Below, piece by piece: positions 58,547-59,687 of a stretch of 59,687 nt of DNA. The number at the start of each line of letters is the position of its first letter. Positions within the stretch are counted from its first letter, which is position 1. A program made the position numbers and the translations under genes. Under the pieces are notes generated by a model. That model ran no database searches. It was not told where the DNA came from and worked only from the letters and a program-made list of their open reading frames with translations. Origin of the DNA: Acidimicrobiales bacterium (GTDB lineage: Bacteria > Actinomycetota > Actinomycetes > Mycobacteriales > QHCE01); assembly GCA_003243955.1 (NCBI GenBank), contig QHCE01000002.1:1-59687 (forward strand). Reading direction: 5' to 3'.

Positions 58547-58581
58547 GCCAATGGGGACGGAAAGCATCCGTCCCCATTGGC
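58547..58581 (-). terminator. Intrinsic terminator hairpin after groEL
   Basis: Perfect 15-bp stem GCCAATGGGGACGGA / TCCGTCCCCATTGGC with a 5-nt loop. Confidence 0.85.
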
Positions 58582-58610
58582 GAAATAACTATGCCTTAAC
58601 TACTGTTGCC

Positions 58611-59687
58611 TTAGAAGTCCATGCCGCCCATGTCGGGAGCACCACCGGCGCCAGCGCCGGCTTTTTCCTTCTCTGGCTTGTCGGCCACCACAGCGCTGGT
58701 CGTCAAGAACAGCGCTGCGATTGACGCAGCGTTTTGCAGCGCGGACCGGGTAACCTTGGCCGGGTCGATGATGCCGACTTTGATCATGTCGACATATTCA
58801 CCGGTTGCGGCATCAAGCCCTTGCCCGATCGGCAGCGAACGTACTCGCTCAACCACAACGCCGCCTTCAAGGCCGGAGTTCACCGCGATCTGCTTAAGCG
58901 GCGCCTCCAACGCAACCTTGACGATTCGGGCGCCAGTAGCCTCATCACCAGTAAGGTCGAGCTTGTCGAAAGCAGTAACCGAAGCCTGTAGCAGCGCAAC
59001 GCCACCACCGGCAACAATGCCCTCTTCGACAGCGGCCTTAGCGTTACGCACAGCATCTTCGATGCGGTGCTTGCGCTCCTTTAGCTCAACCTCGGTAGCA
59101 GCACCGACCTTGATCACCGCAACACCGCCGGCAAGCTTGGCCAGACGCTCCTGCAGCTTCTCTTTGTCGTAGTCGGAGTCGGAGTTCTCGATCTCGGCGC
59201 GGATCTGGTTTACTCGGCCAGCAATCTGGTCAGAGCTACCTTCACCATCCACGATCGTGGTCTCGTCCTTGGTCACAACGATCTTGCGAGCACGACCGAG
59301 CAAGTCGAGCGTAGCGCTCTCTAACTTCAAGCCGACCTCCTCGCTGATGACCTGGCCGCCAGTGAGGATCGCGATGTCGCCCAGCATTGCCTTGCGGCGA
59401 TCGCCAAAGCCTGGAGCCTTTACCGCAACGGACTTGAAGGTGCCACGAATCTTGTTCACGACCAACGTGGCGAGTGCCTCACCCTCGACATCCTCGGCAA
59501 TGATCGCCAGCGACTTACCCGACTGCATGACCTTCTCCAGCAAGGGCAGCAGGTCTTTGACCGCGCTGATCTTCCCGTTGAGGATCATGATGTAAGGATC
59601 GTCGAGCACGGATTCCATGCGCTCGGTATCGGTAGTGAAGTACGGCGAGATGTAACCCTTGTCAAAGCGCATACCCTCGGTGAGCTC
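58611..59687 (-). CDS. groEL: Chaperonin GroEL (GGM-tailed type), 5' part outside the window
   Basis: [52 protein letters not shown]. Confidence 0.98.
   Translation of the reverse strand, partial: ELTEGMRFDKGYISPYFTTDTERMESVLDDPYIMILNGKISAVKDLLPLLEKVMQSGKSLAIIAEDVEGEALATLVVNKIRGTFKSVAVKAPGFGDRRKAMLGDIAILTGGQVISEEVGLKLESATLDLLGRARKIVVTKDETTIVDGEGSSDQIAGRVNQIRAEIENSDSDYDKEKLQERLAKLAGGVAVIKVGAATEVELKERKHRIEDAVRNAKAAVEEGIVAGGGVALLQASVTAFDKLDLTGDEATGARIVKVALEAPLKQIAVNSGLEGGVVVERVRSLPIGQGLDAATGEYVDMIKVGIIDPAKVTRSALQNAASIAALFLTTSAVVADKPEKEKAGAGAGGAPDMGGMDF

Overview
A ~60 kb actinobacterial chromosomal window. Core genes and their order resemble Micromonosporaceae/Mycobacteriales, and the DNA looks less GC-rich than typical free-living relatives (by eye, not computed). 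Five parts. (1) 1-6061: a decayed island ending at tRNA-Ala(CGC), with an IS3-family remnant, an AKR/TetR pair, an ArsR/DHA2 pair, GNAT and MFS pseudogenes, and an integrase remnant. (2) 6259-12144: the conserved glpR(sepX)-rimJ-glp/moeA-galU-5-FTHF cyclo-ligase-fmdB block. (3) After tRNA-Arg(CCT), an accessory region (~12.3-31 kb). It holds a compact kynurenine cluster (formamidase-like hydrolase, luciferase-like monooxygenase, kynurenine 3-monooxygenase, Trp 2,3-dioxygenase, no kynureninase). It also holds a dense defence island: broken Fic, DUF2510-DUF4041-GIY-YIG nuclease, AbiE pair flanked by a duplicated hsdR 3' end, type I R-M with an embedded HTH/PIN pair, and Phd-VbhA/Fic. (4) 31-39 kb: mixed housekeeping genes. 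(5) 39-59.7 kb: core genes (helicase-associated, csp, DUF3027, sepH, serC, citA, pdxH, XPB, glpD, partial groEL). This last part is interrupted at 44.8-47.6 kb by three paralogous, internally duplicated PqqD/RRE-like unknown proteins around a glycine-zipper membrane protein. The best candidates for an undescribed system are this paralogue cluster and the kynurenine/LLM cluster. All family calls come from motif recognition by eye; no searches were run.
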